From IMG/VR virus record IMGVR_UViG_2061766007_000547: a DNA stretch of 64,000 nt. The stretch is one strand, 5' to 3'. This DNA comes from an uncultured virus (IMG/VR IMGVR_UViG_2061766007_000547). Taxonomy: Duplodnaviria; Heunggongvirae; Uroviricota; Caudoviricetes. Positions 29,517-39,334 of the stretch are shown here, piece by piece; positions within the stretch are counted from its first letter, which is position 1; each line of letters opens with the position of its first letter. The notes under the pieces are model-generated. The model made no database searches, was not told the DNA's origin, and was given only the letters and a program-made list of their open reading frames with translations. The position numbers and the translations under genes are program-made.

Positions 29517-31364
29517 ATGGGATTAGCTGTATGGCTTCCTTTAAACGGAAATATTAATAACTATGGTTATGGTACTATTACAACTACTGGAACTTCATCA
29601 TTTTCCACTGGTGGAAAAATAGGACAATGTTTAACCTCTTCTGGCGGTTTTAATGTTCATTACACAGCTTTAGCAGGTTCTAAGGTCTGGTCATTTTGTT
29701 TTTGGGGTTATGTTATAAGTGCTAATATAACAGCTAACTGGACTAGACTTATACAAATACTTGATGGAGGAGCTAATCTTAGAGTTGAAGTATGCCCTTC
29801 ATCATATCAAAATGGTGTATATTGTTATTCAACACATAATAATGCAACATATAATATTACTAATGCTAGTACTCACGCCCCAAATGGTGGATATTATGAT
29901 CAATGGCATCATTTTGCAATAACAAGTGACGGAGCAACTATATCAGTGTATGATAATGGAATTTTACGTGAAACTTGTGCATATGATGGCAGCGGCAGTG
30001 TTACTGGAGTCGTGTATATCGAAAATAGTGATAAAATAAAAAAGAATGACTTCCGTATCTACGATCATTGCCTCTCTCCCAAAGAAGTTAAAGAAATAAG
30101 TAAAGCATTAGTTTGTCATTATCCTCTTGATAATAACGGGATTGGAAGTCCGAATTTAGCTAAGGGGACAAACACCGCATCTACAGGCACTAATGTGTTT
30201 GGATATGGAGAACAGATTGGTGGTTCTAGTAGGACTATAGAATATGATGGTGGAATACCTTGTGCTAAAATAACAAGAAATACTACAGCTCATAGTGGAT
30301 GGGCTTATTTATATTATGATAATTTAGATGTACCAGCAATAAAGACTAGTACAACTTATACTGTTTCATTTGATGTAATTGCTTCTGGGGTTGGTAGTAT
30401 TGGTTGGAATGGGTTTATGATGGGTAATGCAACAAATAGTCTTTCTCAATCATTAACAACAATACAAAATACATTTAATGCTGATACATGGTCACATATA
30501 GTATTTCAGGTTACAACTAAAAGTTCATTTGATGGTATAACTGTGGGTTCTCAACTTATATATATGAATACTGCTTATTTACAAGGAACAGGCACATGGC
30601 TTAAAATGAAAAATATGAAAGTTGAAGAAGGAATCAAAGATACATCATGGTGTCCCCACATTTCAGACGCTATTTATTCAATATTTAATATAAATGGAAC
30701 AACTGAGTTTGATACTAGTGGATTTAAGAATAATGGAACTAGAAATGCTATTACTATAGTTTCAGATTCACCAAGATATTCCTGTGCTACAAAATTTGAT
30801 GGAAGTACTTCATTTATAGCTTGCGGTAGAGGTGGAATGGTTAAAGATGAAATTACTCTTAATGTATGGGCTTACATGAATGACTGGTCAACTGTAAGTG
30901 ATATGAGAATAGTTTCATGCACTGAAGGCGGTGGATGGTGCATTGGTTATGTTACTGATGCTCTTAAATTCTATTGTGGGACTGGTACTACCTCAAATAC
31001 ATATAAGACAGTTACAGCAATAAAAAATATGAAAACATTATCTGCTGGTTGGCATATGTTTAGCGGAACTTATAATGGACTACAAACCAAGATATATATT
31101 GATGGTATTTTAGATAATACTTTGGACGGTTATACAACAAAAACACCATTATTTTATAATTCAAATAACGGTATATTTATAGGAGCCGAAGCTGGTGGCG
31201 ATCAAACTACCCCTATTAGTGGAAGTAAATTTCCAGGAAATATTTCAGATGTTCGCATCTATGCTACCGCCCTCTCGGATGCAGACATCCTAGAACTCTA
31301 TAATACAGGTGCATCAATTGATAATGGCGGAAATGTATTAACATATGATATACAAGAGAAATGA
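29517..31364 (+). CDS. LamG/concanavalin-A-like lectin tail protein
   Basis: Two LamG signatures (WHHFAITSDG..VYDNG..DFRIYDHCLS and WHMFSGTYNG..IYIDG..DVRIYATALS) flanking a CBM-like region (MKVEEG..W). Confidence 0.8.
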   Translation: MGLAVWLPLNGNINNYGYGTITTTGTSSFSTGGKIGQCLTSSGGFNVHYTALAGSKVWSFCFWGYVISANITANWTRLIQILDGGANLRVEVCPSSYQNGVYCYSTHNNATYNITNASTHAPNGGYYDQWHHFAITSDGATISVYDNGILRETCAYDGSGSVTGVVYIENSDKIKKNDFRIYDHCLSPKEVKEISKALVCHYPLDNNGIGSPNLAKGTNTASTGTNVFGYGEQIGGSSRTIEYDGGIPCAKITRNTTAHSGWAYLYYDNLDVPAIKTSTTYTVSFDVIASGVGSIGWNGFMMGNATNSLSQSLTTIQNTFNADTWSHIVFQVTTKSSFDGITVGSQLIYMNTAYLQGTGTWLKMKNMKVEEGIKDTSWCPHISDAIYSIFNINGTTEFDTSGFKNNGTRNAITIVSDSPRYSCATKFDGSTSFIACGRGGMVKDEITLNVWAYMNDWSTVSDMRIVSCTEGGGWCIGYVTDALKFYCGTGTTSNTYKTVTAIKNMKTLSAGWHMFSGTYNGLQTKIYIDGILDNTLDGYTTKTPLFYNSNNGIFIGAEAGGDQTTPISGSKFPGNISDVRIYATALSDADILELYNTGASIDNGGNVLTYDIQEK

Positions 31365-31375
31365 GGTGCTAATTT

Positions 31376-32455
31376 ATGGGAAGCAAGATATCAAAAGAAG
31401 GCATAGTTAGTGCTTCAGGTTCTACTGTAAATAGAAATATGATGTACACAGTTCCATTAACTTATGCTAGTGGATCATATAATGCATACGTTATTAATTT
31501 AAATGAAAATATGGTAGCTGGACAAAAATATACATTACAAATATGGGATGCTGATGTTTCTCATAGTGCTAAGACTGCTGATCAATTGTCTATAGCTTTT
31601 TATTGGGGCGGCGGAATGAATATAGAAGCACAATTCTACATTCCAACTGGACATACGGATTATATGGCAAAAACATTTACTGCACAAAATGCTGCTAGTA
31701 CAAGTGATGCAACTAAAACTGTATTATATGCTTGGAACTCGCCAGGTAATGCTGATGGTACTCGTAATATGAGAATTGGTAAATGGAAACTTGAAAAAGG
31801 TGAAGTTGCTACTCCATTCACATTAGCTCCTTTATATTGTCCATATGATACTACTATTTATACTGAACCAGATGGTAGTCAATGGATTCGTATAATACAT
31901 GAAGGAAATCCAACTAATAATACTTTATTTAGTAGTGGAAATACATTTACTGTTTCAGTATATATCAGTACTGCATTTTGGTTTTATGGTTCAATATGCG
32001 ATCAATTAAAAGATTCATGGGAATTGATGGTGAAACAAAAAACCACAGAAAGTGCTACTGAAGCAAAATATAGATGGATTCAATATGCTAATCCAATGTC
32101 TTGTGTTTATAGTGACGTAATAACTTCTAAAGTTACTAAAATCACTACTAGTGGTTATAGTAATAATACTTCTTATGGTGGTATTTTCAAAAAGAACTCT
32201 AGTACATATTTGGCTGCTGATAATAGCACAAGTGGTAGTAACTGGTTTGGTGCATTTGGTTGTTGGACAGCTTATAACGGTGGTATTCCTGGATGGGCTG
32301 GAGAAACAGTAACAACAGGTTATATGGATCTCTATCTCCGAATAGATACTACTCTAACTAATCCATCTAATAATCATGGACTATGTGAATCAAATTTATA
32401 CCCAGGCAAAATTGGTAATGATTGGATTCAAGCAAATGAATTTATAGAAATTTAA
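31376..32455 (+). CDS. putative receptor-binding/lectin-like tail protein
   Basis: KWKLEKGEVATP CBM-like motif, then an aromatic-rich YTEPDGSQWIRI domain. Confidence 0.55.
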   Translation: MGSKISKEGIVSASGSTVNRNMMYTVPLTYASGSYNAYVINLNENMVAGQKYTLQIWDADVSHSAKTADQLSIAFYWGGGMNIEAQFYIPTGHTDYMAKTFTAQNAASTSDATKTVLYAWNSPGNADGTRNMRIGKWKLEKGEVATPFTLAPLYCPYDTTIYTEPDGSQWIRIIHEGNPTNNTLFSSGNTFTVSVYISTAFWFYGSICDQLKDSWELMVKQKTTESATEAKYRWIQYANPMSCVYSDVITSKVTKITTSGYSNNTSYGGIFKKNSSTYLAADNSTSGSNWFGAFGCWTAYNGGIPGWAGETVTTGYMDLYLRIDTTLTNPSNNHGLCESNLYPGKIGNDWIQANEFIEI

Positions 32456-32568
32456 ATAAAAATCAAAATGGGTAGACTACTCACTTCGTTCCTAGTACAA
32501 TTTCTTCACTATGTTCGGAAATAGTAGTTCTCACCAAAGATTCAAACTAAAACAAAGGAGGTCAACAC

Positions 32569-35500
32569 ATGGCACATTTAGGTAATACCGTTGTAAATGG
32601 TGCTTTAAGGGTTATAGGCGGAGAGAACGTTGATACCATTAATGGTGTTACCGTTGGCTCTTCTCCTAAGTTTACGGATACAAATAATAGAAAAGCTTTT
32701 GCATGTACTTGTTCGTCAGCAGCTGATGCTGCGGCTAAAGTTGTTTCATTAGTTGATACAACTGGTTGGGAGCTTAGGGCTGGTGTTGTAATCGGTGTTA
32801 AGTTTACTAATACCAATACTGCTTCATCATGTACATTAAATGTAAATGGTAGTGGTGCTAAGAGTATATGGTATGATAGTGCTGCATATACTGGTAATAC
32901 TAATTGGATTTGTGGTATTGCTAGTAGATATATATATTATATGTATGATGGCACATACTGGGTTTGGTTAAACTTTGGTTGGCATTCTGATAGTAATAAT
33001 GCAGTAACTCAGACATCTACCACAACGAATGCAAATTATGAAATACTCTTCTCACAAACAGCTGATGATACTACTAGAACGGAAGGTGCTAGAAAGACTA
33101 CTACATTAAGGTTTAATCCATCTCTTGGCGCTTTAATGCAAGGTAATGCCACTGTTGCAGGTGGAAGTTATTCTCATGCGGAAGGTCAAACTACTTCAAC
33201 TTCAGCTTCATATGCTCATGCAGAAGGAGGAAAAACCACTGCTAGTGGTACGAGATCTCATTCGGAAGGTGAAAATACAATAGCTTCAGGTGAAGATTCT
33301 CATGCAGAAGGTAATAATACAAGAGCTGTATCATTAGGTGCTCATTCAGAAGGTTACATGACAACTGCTAGTGGTAATTATAGTCATGCTGAAGGACATA
33401 CTACAAGTACATCTGGTACGAGTTCTCATGCAGAGGGTAAAAATTGTACATCTGGTGGTGATTATTCTCATGCTGAGGGCTATCTGTCAATAGCTAGTGG
33501 TGCTTATGCACATGCAGAAGGTCATCAAACAACAGCTTTAAACAATTATTCTCATGCAGAAGGATTATCTACATCGGCAAAAGGTAATTATTCACATGTA
33601 GAAGGTGGTTTTACAAGTGTATCTGGCAATTATTCACATGCAGAAGGTTATCGTGCATTAGCTAGTGGTCATGGTACGCATGCTGAAGGTGGTTATACTA
33701 CTGCTAATACAGGTGGCGGTACGGTAGCTAGTGGTGAGAATGCACATAGTGAAGGTATGGAAACAACTGCTTCAGGTCGTAATTCACATGCCGAAGGAGA
33801 ATCTACAAGTGCAGTTGGTAGATCATCTCATGCTGAGGGATTAAATGCAACTGCAAATAGTGATTATTCACATGCAGAAGGATATCAAACAAGATCCGCA
33901 GCAGCTTATACACATGCCGAAGGTTATTCTACAGTTGTATCTGGTCAATATTCTCATGTTGAAGGTGCTAATAATAGATGCAGTGGAGAATTTGCACATG
34001 CTGAAGGTAATGGTTCTACTGCTAATGCTGGCGGAGCACATGCTGAAGGACATCAAACAATAGCAAGTCAAACATATACTCATACAGAAGGTCAATATAC
34101 GCGAGTTTCAGGCTCATATGCACATGCAGAAGGTAATAGTACAACCGCTGCAGTTTATGCACATGCAGAAGGTAATAGTACAAGTGCTGCAGCTTCTACA
34201 AGTCATGCAGAAGGATATCAATCTACTTCTGGTGGAATATATTCTCATGCAGAAGGATATCAAACTAGAACTTCTTCTCAAGGTGCACATAGTGAGGGTA
34301 TTGGCGGATTAGCATCAGGGCAATATTCACATACTGAAGGTGGTAATAATATTGCATCAAATACGTATGCACATGCAGAAGGTAGTAGTACTACTGCTAG
34401 CGGAGGTAGTTCTCATGCAGAAGGTGCTAATACAAGTGCATCTGGTAGTAATTCACATGCTGAAGGTAATGGTACTCATGCCGAAGGTGCATCATCTCAT
34501 TCAGAAGGTCATCAAACAACAGCTTTAAATAATTATTCTCATGCTGAAGGATTATCTACATCAGCAAGAGGTAATTATTCACACGCCGAAGGACATGGTA
34601 CCTCTACTTATGGTTCTTATAATCATAGTGAAGGAGAATATACATTAGCTGGTGCCGATGGTGCTGCTTATGCACATGCAGAAGGTAATGGAACAAGTGC
34701 TATTGCTAGTGGTGCTCATACGGAAGGAAATACTACTAAAGCATGGGGAATACATTCGCATGCTGAGGGCGGATTGACAAGCGCCTCTGGTTCGTATGCT
34801 CATGCTGAAGGAAGATATACAAAAGCTGGTGGTCTCAATTCGCATGCGGAAGGTTATCGTACATTAGCTAGCGGAAATGGCGCACATGCAGAAGGCGGTT
34901 ATACTACTGCTGAAACTGGTGGTGGTACAACCGCAAGTGGTAATAATTCACATTCAGAGGGATATGAAACTACAGCAATTGCTAGTAATTCTCATGCCGA
35001 AGGACAATCTACATGTGCTGCTGGTTCTTCTTCTCATGCCGAAGGTAGAAGCACAACTGCTCAGGCTAATTTTTCACATGCTGAAGGTCAAAGTACAATA
35101 ACTAGTGGGGAATATTCTCATGCTGAAGGATATAATACACGTGCTAGTGGTTCTTATACTCATGCGGAAGGATATCAATCTACTTCTGCTGGAGTATATT
35201 CTCATGCTGAAGGACAAGCTAGTATAGCTAAAGGTAGTTACTCTCATGCTGAAGGACGAGCAACAACTGCAAATGACGATTGTTCACATGCAGAAGGATA
35301 TAATTCAAGTGCTGGAGGTGAATATTCTCATGTTGAAGGTTATGGTACAAGAGCCATAAATAATTATACCCATGCTGAAGGCAGTTATACGACTACTAAT
35401 GCAGATTATTCGCATGCAGAAGGCAGTCGTACCTTAACTACAGGAACAACTTCGCATGCAGAAGGCAGTTATACGACTTCTCAAAATGCAAATTCGCATG

Positions 35501-36228
35501 CTTCAGGACATTACAATGCAGCTATGACAACTGGTGGCGGAGCTGGTAATACAACTGGTACAGCTTTTGTCATAGGTAATGGTACATCAGCTACTGCTTT
35601 AAAGAATGCGTTTTCAGTACAATTCAGTGGTGTTGTTAAGGCTGCATCAACTATCACAGCATCAACAACGGCAGACTATGCAGAGTACTTTGAGTGGGCT
35701 GATGAGAATCCTAATAATGAAGATAGAGTTGGATACTTTGTAACATTTGATTCTGGGGATAAAATCAAAATAGGTAGTCCCGAAGATGAATATATTCTTG
35801 GAATAGTATCTGGTGAACCTTTCGTATTAGGAAATGGCGATTGTGATGTGTGGAATGGTATGGTTATGAGAGATGCATTTAGGCGTACTATATATGAACC
35901 AGCACCGAAATATGAATACTTACCACATGGTGAAGCAATTTTAGCTAAAGATAAAGATGGTAAGCAAATATATGAAGGTACTAAACCTAAATACAATCCT
36001 AATTATGATCCTACTCAGCCATATATTAATAGAGCAGATAGACCAGAGTGGAGTGCTGTCGGAATGTTGGGTGTTCTTGCTGTACGAGACAATGGTCAAT
36101 GTCAGGTGAACAGTTATTGTACTGTTGGACAGAACGGCATTGCCGTGCCTGCTGATCATGATTCGATACATAAGTATAGAGTTATTAAACGAAATGCAAC
36201 TAATGTTGTAGAAGTTGTATTTAGATAA
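32569..36228 (+). CDS. long fibre/appendage 2 with ~55 SHAEG repeats and a C-terminal peptidase G2-like autocleaving chaperone
   Basis: Long 14-aa repeat array; C-terminal ADYAEYFEW..GYFVT..ILGIVS..Y.NR..RPEW.AVGMLG, as in the phi29 preneck appendage chaperone. Confidence 0.8.
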   Translation: MAHLGNTVVNGALRVIGGENVDTINGVTVGSSPKFTDTNNRKAFACTCSSAADAAAKVVSLVDTTGWELRAGVVIGVKFTNTNTASSCTLNVNGSGAKSIWYDSAAYTGNTNWICGIASRYIYYMYDGTYWVWLNFGWHSDSNNAVTQTSTTTNANYEILFSQTADDTTRTEGARKTTTLRFNPSLGALMQGNATVAGGSYSHAEGQTTSTSASYAHAEGGKTTASGTRSHSEGENTIASGEDSHAEGNNTRAVSLGAHSEGYMTTASGNYSHAEGHTTSTSGTSSHAEGKNCTSGGDYSHAEGYLSIASGAYAHAEGHQTTALNNYSHAEGLSTSAKGNYSHVEGGFTSVSGNYSHAEGYRALASGHGTHAEGGYTTANTGGGTVASGENAHSEGMETTASGRNSHAEGESTSAVGRSSHAEGLNATANSDYSHAEGYQTRSAAAYTHAEGYSTVVSGQYSHVEGANNRCSGEFAHAEGNGSTANAGGAHAEGHQTIASQTYTHTEGQYTRVSGSYAHAEGNSTTAAVYAHAEGNSTSAAASTSHAEGYQSTSGGIYSHAEGYQTRTSSQGAHSEGIGGLASGQYSHTEGGNNIASNTYAHAEGSSTTASGGSSHAEGANTSASGSNSHAEGNGTHAEGASSHSEGHQTTALNNYSHAEGLSTSARGNYSHAEGHGTSTYGSYNHSEGEYTLAGADGAAYAHAEGNGTSAIASGAHTEGNTTKAWGIHSHAEGGLTSASGSYAHAEGRYTKAGGLNSHAEGYRTLASGNGAHAEGGYTTAETGGGTTASGNNSHSEGYETTAIASNSHAEGQSTCAAGSSSHAEGRSTTAQANFSHAEGQSTITSGEYSHAEGYNTRASGSYTHAEGYQSTSAGVYSHAEGQASIAKGSYSHAEGRATTANDDCSHAEGYNSSAGGEYSHVEGYGTRAINNYTHAEGSYTTTNADYSHAEGSRTLTTGTTSHAEGSYTTSQNANSHASGHYNAAMTTGGGAGNTTGTAFVIGNGTSATALKNAFSVQFSGVVKAASTITASTTADYAEYFEWADENPNNEDRVGYFVTFDSGDKIKIGSPEDEYILGIVSGEPFVLGNGDCDVWNGMVMRDAFRRTIYEPAPKYEYLPHGEAILAKDKDGKQIYEGTKPKYNPNYDPTQPYINRADRPEWSAVGMLGVLAVRDNGQCQVNSYCTVGQNGIAVPADHDSIHKYRVIKRNATNVVEVVFR

Positions 36229-36251
36229 TAAGGAATTAAAAGGAGACAAAT

Positions 36252-37274
36252 ATGAAACTTTCAATAGTTATTCCGTGTTGGAATTGTGAAAAGACAATAG
36301 GTAGATTATTAGATTCGATAGTAGCTAATGGTTTATCCAAAGATGATTATGAAGTCATAATATGTAATGATAGATCAACAGATAATTTCTTAGATGTTGT
36401 CAAGACATACGAGGATAAAATGAATATTGTGTATTGTAATACCACAAGAGAATTTCATTGTCCTGGAAATACCAGACAGGCTGCTCTGCCCTATATTAAG
36501 GGCGACTGGTTTACATTTATTGACAATGATGATATGTTTGAGCCAGATGCATTTAAAACTGTTTTAAAGTATATTCAGGATAATAATTTGCAATACACAT
36601 TAGTTACATATTTTCGTCAGTTTTTTTATGAAGAAAATAAATACGGAAGGACTTTCGAACATGAAGAAACTGATACATGGCTTCATGGCAAATTCTTTAA
36701 TCGGGTAAATACGCTTGATAAGTTTCATTGTAGATTTAAAGATGATATGTTCTCGCATGAAGATTTATATTTTAACTCATATAATCTTGCATGTTTGATA
36801 AATGAGGGACGGGATTATGATTACCTGCCAATATACACATACAAGTGGGTACATAATCCTACTTCTTTATCAAGATCATATTTTAGCAAGAAAGACTTCT
36901 ACATTGAAACATATTTAGGTGATTACTTAATGGGCGGTTCATATCCATACTTTGATATGTATAATGAAACTGATAAGCCCGAAACAAAAGACTTTGCATG
37001 GAATCAGGTTCTTATGACATTCTTACATGGTTATTTCTATTATCAGGCAAGCATATGGCGTTTAGGACAGCATAATACTCTTGATGACGCCTATGTTGCT
37101 TTAAGACAATTCAAGAAAAAGATTATTGAAGAATTACATACAACAGATGCAGATATAATTAATTATATATATAGTATGCCAGAACGTTATGATCATGTTA
37201 AACTTGGTTGTAGGGCTGGCAGTAATGCATTTGTTGAAGCACAAAGTTTTAGGGACTTTGTATTAAATTTATAA
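36252..37274 (+). CDS. glycosyltransferase family 2 (GT-A)
   Basis: LSIVIPCWN, VIICNDRSTD, FTFIDNDD (DxD), HEDLYF. Confidence 0.88.
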   Translation: MKLSIVIPCWNCEKTIGRLLDSIVANGLSKDDYEVIICNDRSTDNFLDVVKTYEDKMNIVYCNTTREFHCPGNTRQAALPYIKGDWFTFIDNDDMFEPDAFKTVLKYIQDNNLQYTLVTYFRQFFYEENKYGRTFEHEETDTWLHGKFFNRVNTLDKFHCRFKDDMFSHEDLYFNSYNLACLINEGRDYDYLPIYTYKWVHNPTSLSRSYFSKKDFYIETYLGDYLMGGSYPYFDMYNETDKPETKDFAWNQVLMTFLHGYFYYQASIWRLGQHNTLDDAYVALRQFKKKIIEELHTTDADIINYIYSMPERYDHVKLGCRAGSNAFVEAQSFRDFVLNL

Positions 37275-37283
37275 GGAGATAAA

Positions 37284-37583
37284 ATGATGAGGATTATAGG
37301 AAAATCAGAAGAAGATTATGTAGTATTTGAGACAGAGAATGTGACATTTAACAAGGACGGTTTTGTGTATTGCCGTGTACCTTATGTTGCTGGCGGAATT
37401 GTTAGGTTTCAGCTTAAGGAAGATGATAACGCCGCTTTTATGAGGTTTAATCTTGCTAAGGATAATTATCTTGATCTGTCAACTAATGAGCTGCAGTATT
37501 ATGTGGAAAAGCCTGCCGAGGCACCTGAAGAAGTGGCTGAAGAACCTGAACAGGTTGAAGGTGAAGTTGTTACTGAACAGTAA
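37284..37583 (+). CDS. hypothetical protein
   Basis: AAGGAG RBS; acidic tail. Confidence 0.6.
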   Translation: MMRIIGKSEEDYVVFETENVTFNKDGFVYCRVPYVAGGIVRFQLKEDDNAAFMRFNLAKDNYLDLSTNELQYYVEKPAEAPEEVAEEPEQVEGEVVTEQ

Positions 37584-37587
37584 TATA

Positions 37588-37642
37588 TGATATAATTTTA
37601 ACATGTTTTTGATACGTTTCTAATCTGATTATATGTTACAAT
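37588..37642 (+). promoter_or_regulatory. 11-bp-period direct repeat array plus extended -10 upstream of endolysin
   Basis: TGATATAATTT/TAACATGTTTT/TGATACGTTTC/TAATCTGATTA, then TATGTTACAAT. Confidence 0.55.
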
Positions 37643-37662
37643 GTCAGAAAGGAGGTAATAAG

Positions 37663-38460
37663 ATGGCGAAAGTTAAACTTAATGACTGGCTTGATTATCT
37701 GAAGAGCCGTGTTAATATTGACCTTTATGTCTGGGGTGCTAATGGACAGCTGTTGGTTGATATCCTGAATAACTTGCGTGAAATGGAAAAGAATGAGAAC
37801 GATCTTGATCGCACTCTCACACTGTTGCAGAAACGACTTCGTGCAAATGTAAATATCTATGACATTTGCTGTGAAGATTGTAGCGGACTTGGCGTCAAGT
37901 TTTTGCTGCCTCGAAAATTAATTCCATACGATATGACGGCTAATGGCTTGTATGGATATATCGTAGGCACTAAAGAGATAGCGCCTCATGGTAAGAGTAT
38001 TCCTTTGTCAAAAGTTAAGGCTGGCGACTATCTGTTTAAAGGCAGTGATTCCAATAAGACGCATATCGGATATGCAATAGATTCCGAATGGGCTGTTGAA
38101 AGTCAGGATCATGATGTAGGCGTGGTTAAGACACGTATATCAGATCGTCCGTGGAAGTATGCTGCCCGTCCTAACTGGTATTCGGATTCTCCTGATCCTG
38201 AACCTACAAAGCCTATCTTAACCAGAGAGCTGTATTATAAAAAGACCAGCGATGGTTATATAGTAATCAGGGGTGATGATGTTAAGGAGGCTCAGGTATT
38301 ATTGACCGAACAGGGATATAATTGTGGCGAACTTGACGGAATATTTGGTAATAATACTCAAATTGCCACCAAAAACTTCCAGCATGATAATAATCTTGAC
38401 GAGGACGGCGTAATCGGCAAGAATACAGGCACAATGCTTGGTTTTGAATGGAAAGGATAA
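37663..38460 (+). CDS. endolysin (NlpC/P60-like catalytic domain plus peptidoglycan-binding domain)
   Basis: YVWGANG, EDCSGL, THIG; C-terminal GDDVKEAQ..L..GY..G.LDGIFG..T..A...FQ....L..DGVIG..T. Confidence 0.85.
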   Translation: MAKVKLNDWLDYLKSRVNIDLYVWGANGQLLVDILNNLREMEKNENDLDRTLTLLQKRLRANVNIYDICCEDCSGLGVKFLLPRKLIPYDMTANGLYGYIVGTKEIAPHGKSIPLSKVKAGDYLFKGSDSNKTHIGYAIDSEWAVESQDHDVGVVKTRISDRPWKYAARPNWYSDSPDPEPTKPILTRELYYKKTSDGYIVIRGDDVKEAQVLLTEQGYNCGELDGIFGNNTQIATKNFQHDNNLDEDGVIGKNTGTMLGFEWKG

Positions 38461-38469
38461 CAAGGACAT

Positions 38470-39228
38470 ATGAAGATTTCACGCTTTACTACTGATGAAA
38501 TATTGATGTTAAAAGAGAAATGTAACTTCTCTGCTACTGAACTTAAGTGCTTTGAGCTTAAAGCAAAAGACTACACCAATACGCAGATCACATTTGAACT
38601 GGGCATGTCATCTTCTAGCGTTGCTATCGCTATGAGGCGCATACGTGAAAAGATAACATTCGTCATGGAACGGCACATACAGGAAATGGGTTCTTCTACA
38701 GCTGTAGAAGGGTGTAATGGCAGTGGTTGTCCTGTGTATCATACTATGCAAGAGTGGGCGCGAATGCCAGATGCTCTATCTGTAAGGGGACGCCTGTATA
38801 TCTATGGTGATTATAGAACAGATGATGATGTCAGTATCCCTCGTATAAAAGTTGGAGATGGCGTTACTTCCATTTCTGCCCTGCCCTTTGCTACCATGTC
38901 GATAACCAATAACGACATGGAGCGCTGGGACGGGCGCTCAGAAACAGAGGGTAATAATCTGGGCGATGTTGTATGGCTTGATGATAGTTGTACTGTTGAT
39001 AAGCCGTTCACATTCCATACTGACGGATATATCGTATTAGTATTCAGATCAAGCAGGGACTTTGCCAAAGTCAATATCTATAGTGCAAGCATGAAATCTT
39101 TCTTTATATTTGAGAAACCAACTGATATCGATATTCATTCAAAGGAAGTCTTTGTTCGTAAGGGAATGAAATGTGTACATGTTTCATCTTCTGATGGTGC
39201 TAAGATTAAATTCGTGCCCTTGATATGA
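38470..39228 (+). CDS. HTH (LuxR/sigma region 4-like) regulator fused to a Mtd_N-like tail-fibre domain
   Basis: N-terminal CNFSATELKCFELKAKDYTNTQITFELGMSSSSV...RRIREKI; central segment paralogous to the 21428-21877 protein (RIKVGDG..LPF). Confidence 0.65.
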   Translation: MKISRFTTDEILMLKEKCNFSATELKCFELKAKDYTNTQITFELGMSSSSVAIAMRRIREKITFVMERHIQEMGSSTAVEGCNGSGCPVYHTMQEWARMPDALSVRGRLYIYGDYRTDDDVSIPRIKVGDGVTSISALPFATMSITNNDMERWDGRSETEGNNLGDVVWLDDSCTVDKPFTFHTDGYIVLVFRSSRDFAKVNIYSASMKSFFIFEKPTDIDIHSKEVFVRKGMKCVHVSSSDGAKIKFVPLI

Positions 39229-39302
39229 TAGTTTTTTGATAGTTTTTTAACAGTTTTATGATTTGATTATGATAAGTCGTAGCCCGATTTTTATGGTAAC
39301 AT
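39226..39302 (+). promoter_or_regulatory. 11-bp-period direct repeat array plus extended -10 upstream of the cassette
   Basis: TGATAGTTTTT x2, TAACAGTTTTA, TGATTTGATTA, TGATAAGTCGT; TATGGTAACAT downstream. Confidence 0.6.
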
Positions 39303-39334
39303 AACCTCATCAACAAGGAAGGAGGTATCGGGCT

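Noticed and set aside
29517..32455. Possible diversity-generating retroelement targets (lectin-like tail proteins)
   Set aside because: No reverse transcriptase, and I saw no adenine-mismatched TR/VR pair in the window. One could lie outside it.
33170..35510. 42-bp periodic repeats resembling a CRISPR array
   Set aside because: They are in-frame SHAEG coding repeats with synonymous variation; no cas genes or leader.
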